Virus record (IMG/VR): IMGVR_UViG_3300029121_000001
Source: a virus
DNA: 64,000 bases
Reading direction: 5' to 3' (one strand)
Shown: positions 46,435 to 57,623 of the stretch, one piece after another
Layout of the letters: each line of letters opens with the position of its first letter
How positions within the stretch are numbered: the first letter of the stretch is position 1
Notes under the pieces: model-generated
Seen by the model: the letters and a program-made list of their open reading frames with translations, nothing else
Told to the model about the DNA's origin: nothing
The model's database searches: none
Made by a program: the position numbers and the translations under genes

Positions 46435-46501
46435 ACTAAGCAAAAAATTAAAAGGAGTTGCATGGGAGGCATATGCCTCCCATGTACTTTCCTTTCAAAT
46501 T

Positions 46502-46942
46502 TCATTTGACTGCATTGGGAGACATACAATCTTCCTTCAGCTCATATTTATAAATAGGTACAAGTATGACGCTATCATATTGAAGAATGCTAGCATCATT
46601 TTCGAGGCAATCATTTGCCTCTATGATGGCATACATCTCAAAACGATAATCCTTTGAATCAGTCATATCGAATCGAGATGCAATACTACTAAGAGTATCA
46701 CCATCCTTAACCCTGTAGCTGACATAGTGATCAACCACGAGTTTGCGGCTGGTGATCTTATCAACCCAACCTCCAAGCTTGAAGGTCATCATCAATACAA
46801 TGATGGCGGCAATGCAGTAAAGAATGCAACGATTACGACGTGCATTCTTGCGAGCCTTAGCAGCGGCACGCTTGTTACGGCGATACTCTGCATCGCTTAC
46901 GTAATTGTAATCCTTCTTCATACCAGTAGTCATAGTAGCCAT
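46502..46942 (-). CDS. membrane-anchored LysM-domain protein
   Basis: TM helix ILYCIAAIIVLMMTF followed by YRVKDGDTLSSIASRF (LysM signature). Confidence 0.65.
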   Translation of the reverse strand: MATMTTGMKKDYNYVSDAEYRRNKRAAAKARKNARRNRCILYCIAAIIVLMMTFKLGGWVDKITSRKLVVDHYVSYRVKDGDTLSSIASRFDMTDSKDYRFEMYAIIEANDCLENDASILQYDSVILVPIYKYELKEDCMSPNAVK

Positions 46943-46980
46943 AGTTCATAACTCCTTTATTTTTTACATCATTTATTTTT

Positions 46981-47027
46981 CGAAAGACTATAATCTAAGT
47001 CCTTCTTTCAATTTTATACTATACAAG
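46981..47027 (-). promoter_or_regulatory. variant TAGTATAAAA box plus stem-loop
   Basis: Minus strand TTGTATAGTATAAAATTGAAAGAAGGACTTAGATTATAGTCTTTCG upstream of 46502-46942. Confidence 0.45.
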
Positions 47028-47080
47028 TGAAATTTTGAATTATTAAAAAGCGGAAGGGACATGAATCCCTTCCGCAATTA

Positions 47081-49621
47081 TTAATCTTGACTATTGGCAA
47101 GAATAAACTTTTGTCCATCTTTGACGTCTTCTGTATCAGCAACAAGATCAGTAGCAATATAATTGAGTAGTTTATCCTTATCGGGGAATAGACGTACAAT
47201 CTTAGTATTACTACCTTCTGCTTCGTTATCAAAATACTCAGGATGGAAGTCATAGACGAATTTATCTCCAGTGCTGACATCATTACGACCCAGATAGAAG
47301 TCAATAATAACATCATAGAGAATTGTCTTAAGACTAGCAAAGTTATCCTTATAATTTTCAGCAGGAGTTTCGAGTTCATAGATAGTGCCAAAGATCTTCT
47401 GAAGTCCAGCATAAGATTTACCAGATTCAGCATAAGTAGTAAGTAGAGTATTGATAAATGTTTTCCAAGTATCAGTAATAGACTTACCATTCTTATATAA
47501 ATATTTAGCTATCTCAGAATTTCCTGTAATATATTCCATAATGGTTACATTATCTACAGAATCTGCATAATGTCTACTTTCGGATTTATTATTAGTACCA
47601 TCAATAACAATATTTCCATTAGCATCTCTGACATACTTATCCATATTGATCAAAAGAGTATTTAGATCAATATCTTTAATATCCATAGGATTAACTTTGA
47701 GACCATTAATAAATAGCATGCAAGTATCTTTGGATAGAGGATATGTAGTAGGATAATTTACATCAGTAGGAGTATCTGTTAGAGTAAGTAATCCACTCTT
47801 AGGAATAGATACTTGTTTATATTTTTCTACTAGTATTTCAGGAATATAGAAGATATCAATATAATCTCCTTTATCTAGAATAGTAGTAAAATACAAAATA
47901 AGTTTATCAAAAGGCCGATACTTATTCATGAAAGTGATTGCATACTCAGTCTTATCAATCTTCTTACCATTAATAAAGATCATATATTGATCTGGATTAT
48001 GACAATAGTTGAACTGAGTTGGAAGTATAACTTTATACTGATTATCTTTTTGCTTGAATCGATAATATCTGAATTGCTTCTTAGGAACTATCTTAAGCTT
48101 TCTACCATAATATTCAGTATTAGTGAATTTAATCTTATAGTAGTCTTCTTTAGTATTCTCAAAAGTAAATTCTACAATGTAATTCTTTCTATCTTCATTG
48201 CTATCAGGAACTTCATATGTAGAATCAGGGCAATATTCAGACATTAGATAACAATCATTGAGATTATATTCAGAATGAAGATATACAGAAGTATTAGCAT
48301 CTGGAACTGTAACTTCAAGAATCTTATTATTACAATTTGTAAACATAAGAATCTCAACATGATCATCATCTAGAATTCCAAATATAGGAATATTAATAGT
48401 ATTTGTAGTATAAACTACATCAATCATATATTGATATAGCCTATTATTTACAAATACCATTACTACACTTTGGATAATATCTCCATATCTTCTTGATAGA
48501 TGTATGTATCCATCAGAATCTGCAAGCTCTTTGAAATCATGCCCTTCATAAGTAAAAGACTTGATATTTGATTCATCCACGAATACATCTTTCCACATGC
48601 TAAAATCATATTGAGTAATATATTCTGCTGCATTACTAATATTCTTTTCATAAGAAAGATTTCTGGAATGATCAAAATCAAAGCTCTGCAATAGAGGAGA
48701 TATAATAGCTTTCCAATCAGTACTAGAAGTATTGTTTTTATTTTTATCAATAATAGCTTTTACAAGATCTTTATTTACATCTTCTCTATTAAACAGAGAT
48801 TTATATTCAGTACAATGCTTTGTATTGTACATGCATATAGCCCATTTAATAGGAGTTGTAGTTGAAAGAACTTCGAATAATCCAAAAGTTCCTTTATAAA
48901 TATCATCAATTTTCTTATCTGTTCCAGTCATATTGAATAGACCAGTATCCATAAATGTGATAATATTATCCAATGTAGGAATATATCCATCAGGAAGATC
49001 GTCTAATTTCATTAATCCATTAGGAACTTCATACAGATTAATTTCTTTATAATAAATATCTGGATCTAGAATCTCAAGTCTCATATCAATCTGTACAAAA
49101 TCTGTGGATTCTAGTCTCTTACCATCTCTAAAATAAAATCCTTTTCTATCATGATCTAGAAGAACATCGCTATCTTCACCATATCTAATATATTTAGAAG
49201 CAATAGGGAAGATAACTATCTTAGCATCAAAATGAGTAGCGCCTTTCTTGAAACCATCAATTCTTAAATAGCTATAATCATAATCATGAATAATAGTTAT
49301 TTTACTCCATGGAATTGCAGATCCTTCAACGAATAGGATGAAAGGCCATACCTTATCTTCATTCACTAGATTATCTAGTCTATCCATAAATACAGTATTA
49401 TTCAATTCATTATCATAGCAATAAGGAATATCATTTACTGCATATACCTGAACATCTGTTTCCCAAACATTATACTTATATCCATCATACCAATATTCCC
49501 ATTGATGACGCATATAAAGATTTCTAACCATTGGACACAGATTTCTCTGCAATTCTGTAATACGAGAATATGTATGATGTCTCAAGTCTTCAATTTTATC
49601 AATGAATTTTTGATCCATCAT
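47081..49621 (-). CDS. large hypothetical (probable virion structural) protein
   Basis: 846-aa ORF, TAATG overlap with upstream gene, within the tail/baseplate gene block. Confidence 0.65.
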   Translation of the reverse strand: MMDQKFIDKIEDLRHHTYSRITELQRNLCPMVRNLYMRHQWEYWYDGYKYNVWETDVQVYAVNDIPYCYDNELNNTVFMDRLDNLVNEDKVWPFILFVEGSAIPWSKITIIHDYDYSYLRIDGFKKGATHFDAKIVIFPIASKYIRYGEDSDVLLDHDRKGFYFRDGKRLESTDFVQIDMRLEILDPDIYYKEINLYEVPNGLMKLDDLPDGYIPTLDNIITFMDTGLFNMTGTDKKIDDIYKGTFGLFEVLSTTTPIKWAICMYNTKHCTEYKSLFNREDVNKDLVKAIIDKNKNNTSSTDWKAIISPLLQSFDFDHSRNLSYEKNISNAAEYITQYDFSMWKDVFVDESNIKSFTYEGHDFKELADSDGYIHLSRRYGDIIQSVVMVFVNNRLYQYMIDVVYTTNTINIPIFGILDDDHVEILMFTNCNNKILEVTVPDANTSVYLHSEYNLNDCYLMSEYCPDSTYEVPDSNEDRKNYIVEFTFENTKEDYYKIKFTNTEYYGRKLKIVPKKQFRYYRFKQKDNQYKVILPTQFNYCHNPDQYMIFINGKKIDKTEYAITFMNKYRPFDKLILYFTTILDKGDYIDIFYIPEILVEKYKQVSIPKSGLLTLTDTPTDVNYPTTYPLSKDTCMLFINGLKVNPMDIKDIDLNTLLINMDKYVRDANGNIVIDGTNNKSESRHYADSVDNVTIMEYITGNSEIAKYLYKNGKSITDTWKTFINTLLTTYAESGKSYAGLQKIFGTIYELETPAENYKDNFASLKTILYDVIIDFYLGRNDVSTGDKFVYDFHPEYFDNEAEGSNTKIVRLFPDKDKLLNYIATDLVADTEDVKDGQKFILANSQD

Positions 49622-50592
49622 TATGCATTCTCCCCTCCGATTCTAAGTAGCTCATTAGTGAAGTTAAGAACAGTTTTACTACCAGCAACTTTTTCAATAG
49701 TATTCTGCTGATTAATAAATGCACCATTATAACAGTCTGTCAGTATCTGAGAAAAAGGTACAAAGCATTCTAGACCAAGGAAAGTACTAGGGCCATATGC
49801 ATACATCCATCGCTGAACAAAAGAATCAACTGTAAGCTTAGCTCTATTCTTAGGGCTTATAGATCCTTCTTTTTGATCAAGAAATACTTCTGCAAATTTC
49901 ATAAGGAATTGATTAAAGTCAGCTGCTCCATCTTCAAATGTAAAAGAAAATAGTGTATGTAGATAGTCACAAACCTTTTTATCTTTAATGCCAGAAATTT
50001 GTTTTGCTACATTATAAATTGTTTCTCCAGGAGCAACACCTTCTACGCATAGCAAATAATATTCTGCTAGAACAAAAGACATTCTTTCCTTATTATCAGC
50101 ATAAGTAATAGGCACTTTAAGATATCCAAATACATAGAGCATCATATCTGCAAATGCTCCAGCACCATTCTTCATTAGAGTTACACTGCCAGTAATTAGC
50201 TTAGGATTATTATAGTATATAATATAAGTCATAGCAGCTGTCAAATAAGATATAAGAACTCCAACTTTCTTACACTTATAAACGCCATTTTCAATAGAAA
50301 TAATTCCAGAGCAATCGATAAATACTTTCTTTACATCTTTATCTTCTTTGATATCTTTTACATAGATTACCTTAAATGCTCTAGAAATTCCATTCTCTCT
50401 TACCATTAAAACAACTTTGTTGCTCAATAGAACCTTTAATAGAACTGAAGTAGCCTGTTGCTTAACCGCATAAACTATATCTTGAAAACTAGAGTTATTC
50501 TTATCTACTCGATCAGCTTCCATAAGGTATTTAAAAATTTCCTTATTATAATCGGTGACCTTATATAGATAAGAGTCAGATATTGCCTTCAT
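49621..50592 (-). CDS. hypothetical (probable structural) protein
   Basis: 323-aa ORF, GTGGAGGG RBS. Confidence 0.6.
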   Translation of the reverse strand: MKAISDSYLYKVTDYNKEIFKYLMEADRVDKNNSSFQDIVYAVKQQATSVLLKVLLSNKVVLMVRENGISRAFKVIYVKDIKEDKDVKKVFIDCSGIISIENGVYKCKKVGVLISYLTAAMTYIIYYNNPKLITGSVTLMKNGAGAFADMMLYVFGYLKVPITYADNKERMSFVLAEYYLLCVEGVAPGETIYNVAKQISGIKDKKVCDYLHTLFSFTFEDGAADFNQFLMKFAEVFLDQKEGSISPKNRAKLTVDSFVQRWMYAYGPSTFLGLECFVPFSQILTDCYNGAFINQQNTIEKVAGSKTVLNFTNELLRIGGENA

Positions 50593-50679
50593 AATCGGCC
50601 CTCCACTATATTAATTTATATTGATGTTTAATTTTGAAGAAATAACCACTACTTGGATATCCAAGTAGTGGTTATTATT

Positions 50680-51297
50680 TTACGGTAAAACAACAGTTGT
50701 CTTATCAATATAAGCCTTATTAGCTGCATCTGCAGACATAGCAGCTGTAGTTACATATAGGCTATCAAAGTATATAGTTGCACCAGTATCAGGTAGAACA
50801 ATTAGTTCAATCTTAATCATATAAGATCCAGTAGCAGATCCCTTGAAATCAACAGTATGTCCAAGACTTACATACTTATTTGCAGTTCTAATCTGATCTC
50901 CATTAATTGTTTGAGTATCAATCTTAGTTTCCTTAGGATTAGTTGCAGAAGTATCCACAAAATAGGTATTAATTTCAAGTAGATTCTGAACACCAGATGC
51001 AATAGAAGACTTAATACGATAAACAATAGAAGTATTTCCAAAAGGAATATTAGCAATCTTTGTAGAAAATAGAATCTTTCTTACACTAGATGAACTTACA
51101 ATAATAGACTCACCATTATTTGCATCTCCATCAGCTGTCTTGATTCCTTCTGTATGAGTATTATCATTTTTATCTGTCGAAGCATTAGTAGAATCTAATA
51201 CTATTCCACCACCAGAATTTTCAGATGTTCCAATAGGGAAATATCTATTTCCTTGCCAGTCTTCGATTCTTATATGTCGATTTTCAATTTTGGCCAT
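50680..51297 (-). CDS. hypothetical (probable tail/baseplate) protein
   Basis: 205-aa ORF, AAAGGAGAC RBS, directly downstream of the large tail fibre gene. Confidence 0.6.
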   Translation of the reverse strand: MAKIENRHIRIEDWQGNRYFPIGTSENSGGGIVLDSTNASTDKNDNTHTEGIKTADGDANNGESIIVSSSSVRKILFSTKIANIPFGNTSIVYRIKSSIASGVQNLLEINTYFVDTSATNPKETKIDTQTINGDQIRTANKYVSLGHTVDFKGSATGSYMIKIELIVLPDTGATIYFDSLYVTTAAMSADAANKAYIDKTTVVLP

Positions 51298-51355
51298 AAT
51301 GAATCGTCTCCTTTAATTAGAAATTTAAATCAAATCTTTTATTATCATGTTTTGA

Positions 51356-54300
51356 TTACATTATTATATCTGCTGTAATAACTAGATCAGTATTTGTATC
51401 GATATAGCCATCATCATTAGGTAATAGAGATTGAGTAGGAGCTTCATATTCAGCACTAGTACCAGTAAGATCAAGAACATTATTACCATACAAACTGTAA
51501 ATATGAACAGGGCTAGCATAATATCCAGCAGGTAGAATAATATCATTACCAGCAACTATTCTAAGTTTAGAAGTGGTATATGTAGGTATATTGCCTGTAA
51601 TCTTTTGGCCATTAACCCAAGCAGTCTTAGGAGCAAGTATATCAGAAGATGTAGCATCAGATACTGTTTGTTCTGCTAGAGATTGTGTAGAAATAATACC
51701 AGATCCATTATGGAATCCACTAGGAACAGTAATTTGAACTCCAGCAGGTATTTCCAATTCAGACCAGTCCATATTATTAGGCATGGTACCGATAACTTTT
51801 TTACCATTAACCCATGCAGTCTTTGCTGTGAGAATATTATATGCAATTGCAGTACCATCTGTTTGACTAGAAAGATCTTTCAAAACAATCTTTCCATTAC
51901 CATCATGATATCCCTTAGGAATAGCAATAGTAGAACCTGCTGTAACATCATCTTTTCCAAAACCAGTATTATCAGGCATAGTGCCCGTAATCTTTTTACC
52001 ATTAACCCAAGCTGTTTTATTAATCAAAAGATTAGCAGATACAGCATCAGATACTGTTTGTTCTGCTAGAGCCTGAGTAGTAATAGTACCATATCCAGAA
52101 TAATAGCCTTCAGGAATTTGAACAGTAGTTCCGGCTGCTAGATTGATAAAAGAAGTAGAACTCTTATTAGGCATTGTACCATCTACTTTTTTACCATTAA
52201 CCCAAGCGGATTTACTAATCAAAATATCATTAGCTGTAGCATCTGCTTTTGTTTGTGTAGCTAGGTCAACAGCAGATACAATAGATTTACCACTATGATA
52301 TCCAGCAGGAATTGTATAAGAATCTCCAGCATATAGAGAAGTCATTGTATCGGGAGATTGATACATTGTACCAATAAGCTTCTGCTTAAGATTATCACTA
52401 TAGAATGTAACTCCAGAAACTACTTTATCTGCTGTAGCATTACCGGTTAATTCCAAAGTGCCAACAACTTTTTCACCGTTAACCCATGCAGTAGATCCTT
52501 TGACAATATCATCAGCAGATGCAGTGCCAGAAGTCTGTCCTCCTAATCCTTTTGCAGTAATAACACCAGATCCATCATGATATCCCTTAGGAATCTTATA
52601 TGATTCATTTGCTTCTAGTGTAGCAGACACAGCACCATTATTAGGCATTGTACCAACTATCTTAGCCTTAGGATTTGTACTATAGAAAGTTTTATCTTCT
52701 AGAACATTCTCAGATTTTGCAGATCCAGTAAAAGTAAGTGAACCAACTTGTTTCTTCTTAGGATCTGTAGTATAGAATGTAGAGCCAGCAACTACATCAT
52801 CAGATAGAGCATTGCCAGTAAGTGCAAGAGTACCAGTTCTCTTAGTCTTTGAATCAATATTGTAGAAAGTCTTTCCTACTAATACATCATCAAGAGCTGC
52901 ACTACCTGTCAATTCAAGTGTGCCTGTTACCTTTTTACCATTCACCCAAGCTGTTCTATTTTTTAGAATATCAGTATTATCTGCATTGGCTATTGTCTGA
53001 GAAGCTAGATCTTTAGATATAATAATACCAGATCCATTATGATATCCTTTAGGAACAGTATAAGATTCTCCTGCTAGTAGAGTAGAAGATACAGCACCAT
53101 TATTAGGCATTGTACCATCTACCTTTTTACCATTAACCCATGCATTCTTAGTAATAAGAATATCAGGAGATGTAGCATTAGCTTGAGTATAATCAGATAG
53201 AGGTTTTACCCAAACATTACCAGTACCATCATGATATCCTTTTTTAATTTCATAAGATTCGCCAGGACCAATAGTTACAGAAGATCCTCCATTGTTAGGC
53301 ATAGTGCCAACAATCTTTTTGCCATTAACCCAAGCAGAAGATCCTTCTAGAATAGAGTCAGAAGTTGCTGTACCAACAGTTTCAGAAGAAAGTGTTTTTG
53401 CTTTTACTTTTCCATTACCAGTATGAAATCCTTTAGCAATATCAAATATTTCTCCTTCACCAAGTTCAACAACTTTAGGATCAATCATTGGTACAGTACC
53501 AACAATCTTTTGACCATTAACCCAAGCAGTTCTATCTGCAACGAGTGAATCTGGAGTAGCACTACCAACAGTAGCATCTTTTAAAGATTGAACTTTGATT
53601 GTTGTGCGTCCAGAATAATATCCCTCGGGAATAGTAAATGTAACACCATTTCTAAGAATCCTTTCAGGATCATTACTGTGATCTGGCATAGTACCAGATC
53701 GTACTTCTGCATATACAGAAGAATAAAAATTCTTACCACTCAGAACCTGATTCTGAGTAGCATTTGTAGTTTTTAAATATTCTTTTGTATTTTGTGCAAT
53801 ATCGAATGTACCAACAATCTTTTGACCATTAACCCAGGCTATTTGTCCTTTAATAATTTGACTAGACAAAGCATTGCCTACAGTTTGAGATGCTAGATCT
53901 GCAGCTGAAATAACTGTAGTACCAGCAGATAATCCATAAGGAAAAGTATAAGACTCTCCTGCAAGAAGATTCTTATCTTTTCTAGGTAATTTAGGAATAG
54001 TACCAGTAACTTTTTTGCCATTAACCCATGCTGTTCTAGGAGAAACAATATCAGAAGCAGTAGCATCTGCTTCTTGAGTAGCTTGTTTAATATCAAGAGT
54101 ACCGGTAACCTTCTTACCATTTACCCAGAATGTCTTAGTATTGATAACATCAGCAGCTGTTGCTGTGCCAGGTGTATACTCACTAAGATCTCCTACATAT
54201 ACAGATCCTGTTCCATCATGATATCCACGTGGAATGATATATCTATTATTAGTATGGCCATCATACTTAGGATCTATCTTTATCTTTTCTGCAGTATTAA

Positions 54301-54529
54301 GAGGCATTGTACCTACCAATACATCTCTTGTTACTGCATCTTTATATGCATATTTATCTTTAACTGACGATGGAGTAGCAATAGATTCGTCAGGCTCTTG
54401 TTGTGCTAATGCATCAAGATTGTTTGCACTAGATGTATCAAAATACATTTTGCCAGCCATATGTTGATCCAACTCCTCTCCTTTAATAATATTAATATAA
54501 TGTGCGAAAGCTCCTAAGTTCAACTTCAT
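51356..54529 (-). CDS. large tail fibre protein built of about 17 tandem repeats
   Basis: Repeated [ST]AWVNG[KQ]K[IV].GTMPN...AGESY.IP.GYH.GSG units plus short TFY..D.K.K..GTL variants. ATG 54529 lacks an RBS; the alternative ATG at 54460 follows AAAGGAGAGGAG. Confidence 0.75.
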   Translation of the reverse strand: MKLNLGAFAHYINIIKGEELDQHMAGKMYFDTSSANNLDALAQQEPDESIATPSSVKDKYAYKDAVTRDVLVGTMPLNTAEKIKIDPKYDGHTNNRYIIPRGYHDGTGSVYVGDLSEYTPGTATAADVINTKTFWVNGKKVTGTLDIKQATQEADATASDIVSPRTAWVNGKKVTGTIPKLPRKDKNLLAGESYTFPYGLSAGTTVISAADLASQTVGNALSSQIIKGQIAWVNGQKIVGTFDIAQNTKEYLKTTNATQNQVLSGKNFYSSVYAEVRSGTMPDHSNDPERILRNGVTFTIPEGYYSGRTTIKVQSLKDATVGSATPDSLVADRTAWVNGQKIVGTVPMIDPKVVELGEGEIFDIAKGFHTGNGKVKAKTLSSETVGTATSDSILEGSSAWVNGKKIVGTMPNNGGSSVTIGPGESYEIKKGYHDGTGNVWVKPLSDYTQANATSPDILITKNAWVNGKKVDGTMPNNGAVSSTLLAGESYTVPKGYHNGSGIIISKDLASQTIANADNTDILKNRTAWVNGKKVTGTLELTGSAALDDVLVGKTFYNIDSKTKRTGTLALTGNALSDDVVAGSTFYTTDPKKKQVGSLTFTGSAKSENVLEDKTFYSTNPKAKIVGTMPNNGAVSATLEANESYKIPKGYHDGSGVITAKGLGGQTSGTASADDIVKGSTAWVNGEKVVGTLELTGNATADKVVSGVTFYSDNLKQKLIGTMYQSPDTMTSLYAGDSYTIPAGYHSGKSIVSAVDLATQTKADATANDILISKSAWVNGKKVDGTMPNKSSTSFINLAAGTTVQIPEGYYSGYGTITTQALAEQTVSDAVSANLLINKTAWVNGKKITGTMPDNTGFGKDDVTAGSTIAIPKGYHDGNGKIVLKDLSSQTDGTAIAYNILTAKTAWVNGKKVIGTMPNNMDWSELEIPAGVQITVPSGFHNGSGIISTQSLAEQTVSDATSSDILAPKTAWVNGQKITGNIPTYTTSKLRIVAGNDIILPAGYYASPVHIYSLYGNNVLDLTGTSAEYEAPTQSLLPNDDGYIDTNTDLVITADIIM
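51530..54170 (-). repeat. coding tandem repeats (about 180-nt and 60-nt units) inside the tail fibre gene
   Basis: Recurring plus-strand ccattaacccaagc/ccattaacccatgc (reverse of GCTTGGGTTAATGG) roughly every 180 nt. Confidence 0.8.
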
Positions 54530-54569
54530 AGTAATTTAGAGACATTTCCATACAGGGAGGTAAAACATT

Positions 54570-55883
54570 ATGCCCTTTACTGATTCTATTAATATCGTAA
54601 ATGTAGTTGTTACAGATAGATCTTTACTAAATGCTACACCTTCTGATGTTGCACAAGGTAAACAATTTATTGGTTCTACTCAGCATGTAGAAACAGGTAC
54701 AGTTCCTGTAAATAATCCTATCTCTGATATGACACTTCCTGCTGGTAGTACTCTTACAGTACCTTATGGTATCAATCCCAAACAATTTACTATCACTGCA
54801 CAAAGTATTGGAAGTGTAACTGCTGATGCAGATGCTACAGATGAAGACATCCTATGGGGAAAGACTGCTTGGGTTAATGGCCAAAAAATAAAAGGAGCTA
54901 TGCCTAACATTGGAGCAGAAAATGATATTATCCTATGTGATAACGTTCATACTATCTCTAGAGGATATCATGATGGCAATGGTGTTATTAGAGCCGAATC
55001 TCTAATGAAACAAACTCCTGCTTCAATTGTAGCTAAAGATATCATTGTTGGCTCTACATGTTGGGCAAATGGTAAGAAGATTACAGGAACAATGCCTGTA
55101 ATTAAAGATAATAGTGTTACTCGTGCATTGTATGCAGGAGAATCTTATACAGTTCCTGAAGGATATCACAGTGGTAAAGCTGTAATAAGTGCTGCTTCTC
55201 TAGCATCTCAAACTGGTGGTAATGCTATACCTGAAACCATTATTGAAGGATATACTGCTTGGGTTAATGGTCAGATGGTTAATGGTACAATTAAAAAGAT
55301 TAATCCAGAAAAAATTACTCTAGAAACTAATAAAACTTATTATATTCCTGCTGGATATCATACAGGAAAAGGATATGTAACTCAAAATGTTCCTAATATG
55401 GATGGTCAAACTGTTGCTCCTGGAAAGGATGCTCAGACCATTGAATGTGGCGGTTACTACATGAATAGTGATATTATTATTTCTGGAGTAGATGCTCTAA
55501 ATTATAGATTTCTCAATAATGATCCAGTAATAAATTCTTCTAATAAAGAGATTACTAATTATAATCTTACAGTAGAAAATAATTATGCTAGTGTTAAAGT
55601 CAATGTCGATAACTGGCATGATAATGCTACATTAAATGTATATAATTTGATATTTGATAATCTAATTGATTCTAATGGTAATAGAGTTAATCTAAATACC
55701 ACAGTTGTATTTAACTGGAAAGATCAATCCACAAATATTTATACATTAGGAAATATCACCATTGGTACTAAATATGAAGAAAATACTAATGCTCATATGA
55801 TCATTATTGGTGGTATTAAGAGTGGTATTCTAACTATGACTGAAGTTTTCTCTGCTCGTCAATTTGGTGTTATAAAAGAATAA
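54570..55883 (+). CDS. second tail fibre protein with the same repeat type (about 4 copies)
   Basis: TAWVNGQKIKGAMPN, TCWANGKKITGTMPV, TAWVNGQMVNGTIKK; AGGGAGGT RBS; divergent from 51356-54529. Confidence 0.7.
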   Translation: MPFTDSINIVNVVVTDRSLLNATPSDVAQGKQFIGSTQHVETGTVPVNNPISDMTLPAGSTLTVPYGINPKQFTITAQSIGSVTADADATDEDILWGKTAWVNGQKIKGAMPNIGAENDIILCDNVHTISRGYHDGNGVIRAESLMKQTPASIVAKDIIVGSTCWANGKKITGTMPVIKDNSVTRALYAGESYTVPEGYHSGKAVISAASLASQTGGNAIPETIIEGYTAWVNGQMVNGTIKKINPEKITLETNKTYYIPAGYHTGKGYVTQNVPNMDGQTVAPGKDAQTIECGGYYMNSDIIISGVDALNYRFLNNDPVINSSNKEITNYNLTVENNYASVKVNVDNWHDNATLNVYNLIFDNLIDSNGNRVNLNTTVVFNWKDQSTNIYTLGNITIGTKYEENTNAHMIIIGGIKSGILTMTEVFSARQFGVIKE

Positions 55884-55885
55884 AA

Positions 55886-55916
55886 TTTGGGAGTAGGATT
55901 TTATCCTACTCCCATT
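55886..55916. terminator. bidirectional terminator between convergent genes
   Basis: gggagtaggattttatcctactccc. Confidence 0.7.
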
Positions 55917-55919
55917 TGT

Positions 55920-56318
55920 TTACTTAATCTTATTCAGAAGACAATTAATAGTTGCATATAGAGTATAAGATAGCTTAGGTACTGTACCATTTACAGTATA
56001 TTTATAATGTGCTTTAATGCTTTCTTTAGCATTATTAAGAGTTTTTAATATATCATCTTTTAGATTATATCCATCATCTATCCATACCATATTTGTTTCT
56101 CTAAAATATGTACTACATAATTTTGTAAATCCTCTGGAAATTGCATATGCATCAATAGTCTCATTGTCAATCTCTACTCTAGGAGTTTCAATAGCAGTGA
56201 ACATATCACTCGTTGTTGAAATAAAAATTCCTAGTGATTCAATATACAAGAGATAGCAATACTTGTTATAATCTGCATATAGATCATTATAATAGATTCT
56301 TATATTCATATTATTCAT
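55920..56318 (-). CDS. hypothetical protein
   Basis: 132-aa ORF, AAGAGGT RBS. Confidence 0.55.
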   Translation of the reverse strand: MNNMNIRIYYNDLYADYNKYCYLLYIESLGIFISTTSDMFTAIETPRVEIDNETIDAYAISRGFTKLCSTYFRETNMVWIDDGYNLKDDILKTLNNAKESIKAHYKYTVNGTVPKLSYTLYATINCLLNKIK

Positions 56319-56412
56319 TAATATTACCTCTTATTAAATACTAGGTGATGGATTATCTATATGTTTTGTACCAGAAAAACATCCTTATAAACTTATAAAG
56401 GAGGTAACCACG

Positions 56413-57606
56413 GTGGCTAAAAAGAAAAAAGAATATCTTATCGAAGATACTATTATTATAGATAATATATATCCTCTTGTAGAATCTAATCTAAATACTA
56501 GAGTTTCATCACTAAAGAAATGTATTGAGCGATTCATTAATTCTAGGCAAGCTGCTCTATATGATTATGCTCCAGTAGATAGAATCTATTTTAAGAAAAG
56601 TGATGTCAATGATTTCTTCAAGAGCATTAATGTAGATCTGAAAACTGTCACCAATATTCTTCCTAATTTGTATTATTGGAAAGAGGATGAACTTCAGGCA
56701 TGTAAAGATGAATTTTCTCTTACAGCTTTAATGGCTCTTAGGTATCTACTTAGAGAAAAGAAAGATAAGAATATTATTGAACTTACTGCAATTTATATTG
56801 CATTTTCTGGTAAATTCTATGCATCTTGTCATTATCAACAATGGCCTCATTATACTCCTAAAAGAGAAGTCATGGATTATGTTGTTAATTATATGCTTTC
56901 TCAGAAATATGATCTTGTTAAAGAGAAATCGGTATTTGGAGCTATAAGAAATCTAGTTCTTACTTGGCTTGGCAGATATAAAGATGAATTAGCATCTGAT
57001 ATTACTGATGAAAGATTATGCTATATAATTCATCAATTACATAATAGAATTCAAGCATCTCTTAGAAATATAGCAAATCTTTATTATAAAGCTTATGACA
57101 ATAAACTTTATTTGAATAAAGAGTCTGATAATTATGATAAAGAAGATTACAGAATAGCTAATAATAATTCTACTGTTATTTCTAATATCACAGAAAGAAC
57201 AATGAATTATTTTGTTAGTACTCAAATCAGTATTAATGTATGCTATAGTGTATCTGGATCTGGTGTTGATCCTTATGATGTAAAAGCAATCTTTGAAAAT
57301 ATTCTTAATAGTAATGAAGCTCTTGATGATCTTAGAACTGTTATTAATACTCTACTTACAGATTTCTGTAGTAAGTATCCTGAAGAAAAAGATCTTACTG
57401 GAACCAATTTCATTGCTAATAGTATTACAATGAAGCCTAATACTAAAGATAAAAATATTATTGAAATGAAGAATATTATTCTAGGCTGGCTTAACACTAG
57501 TGATAGATATAGACATATTAAAACTCAAGCTACAAAAAATAATTACTATAAAGCTATTCTTAGTTATATTGCAATCACTGTAAATATAGCTAATAAACAA
57601 TCTTAA
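56413..57606 (+). CDS. hypothetical protein
   Basis: 397-aa ORF with GTG start 7 nt after AAAGGAGGT. Confidence 0.6.
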   Translation: MAKKKKEYLIEDTIIIDNIYPLVESNLNTRVSSLKKCIERFINSRQAALYDYAPVDRIYFKKSDVNDFFKSINVDLKTVTNILPNLYYWKEDELQACKDEFSLTALMALRYLLREKKDKNIIELTAIYIAFSGKFYASCHYQQWPHYTPKREVMDYVVNYMLSQKYDLVKEKSVFGAIRNLVLTWLGRYKDELASDITDERLCYIIHQLHNRIQASLRNIANLYYKAYDNKLYLNKESDNYDKEDYRIANNNSTVISNITERTMNYFVSTQISINVCYSVSGSGVDPYDVKAIFENILNSNEALDDLRTVINTLLTDFCSKYPEEKDLTGTNFIANSITMKPNTKDKNIIEMKNIILGWLNTSDRYRHIKTQATKNNYYKAILSYIAITVNIANKQS

Positions 57607-57623
57607 AGGAGAAAGAAGTAACT

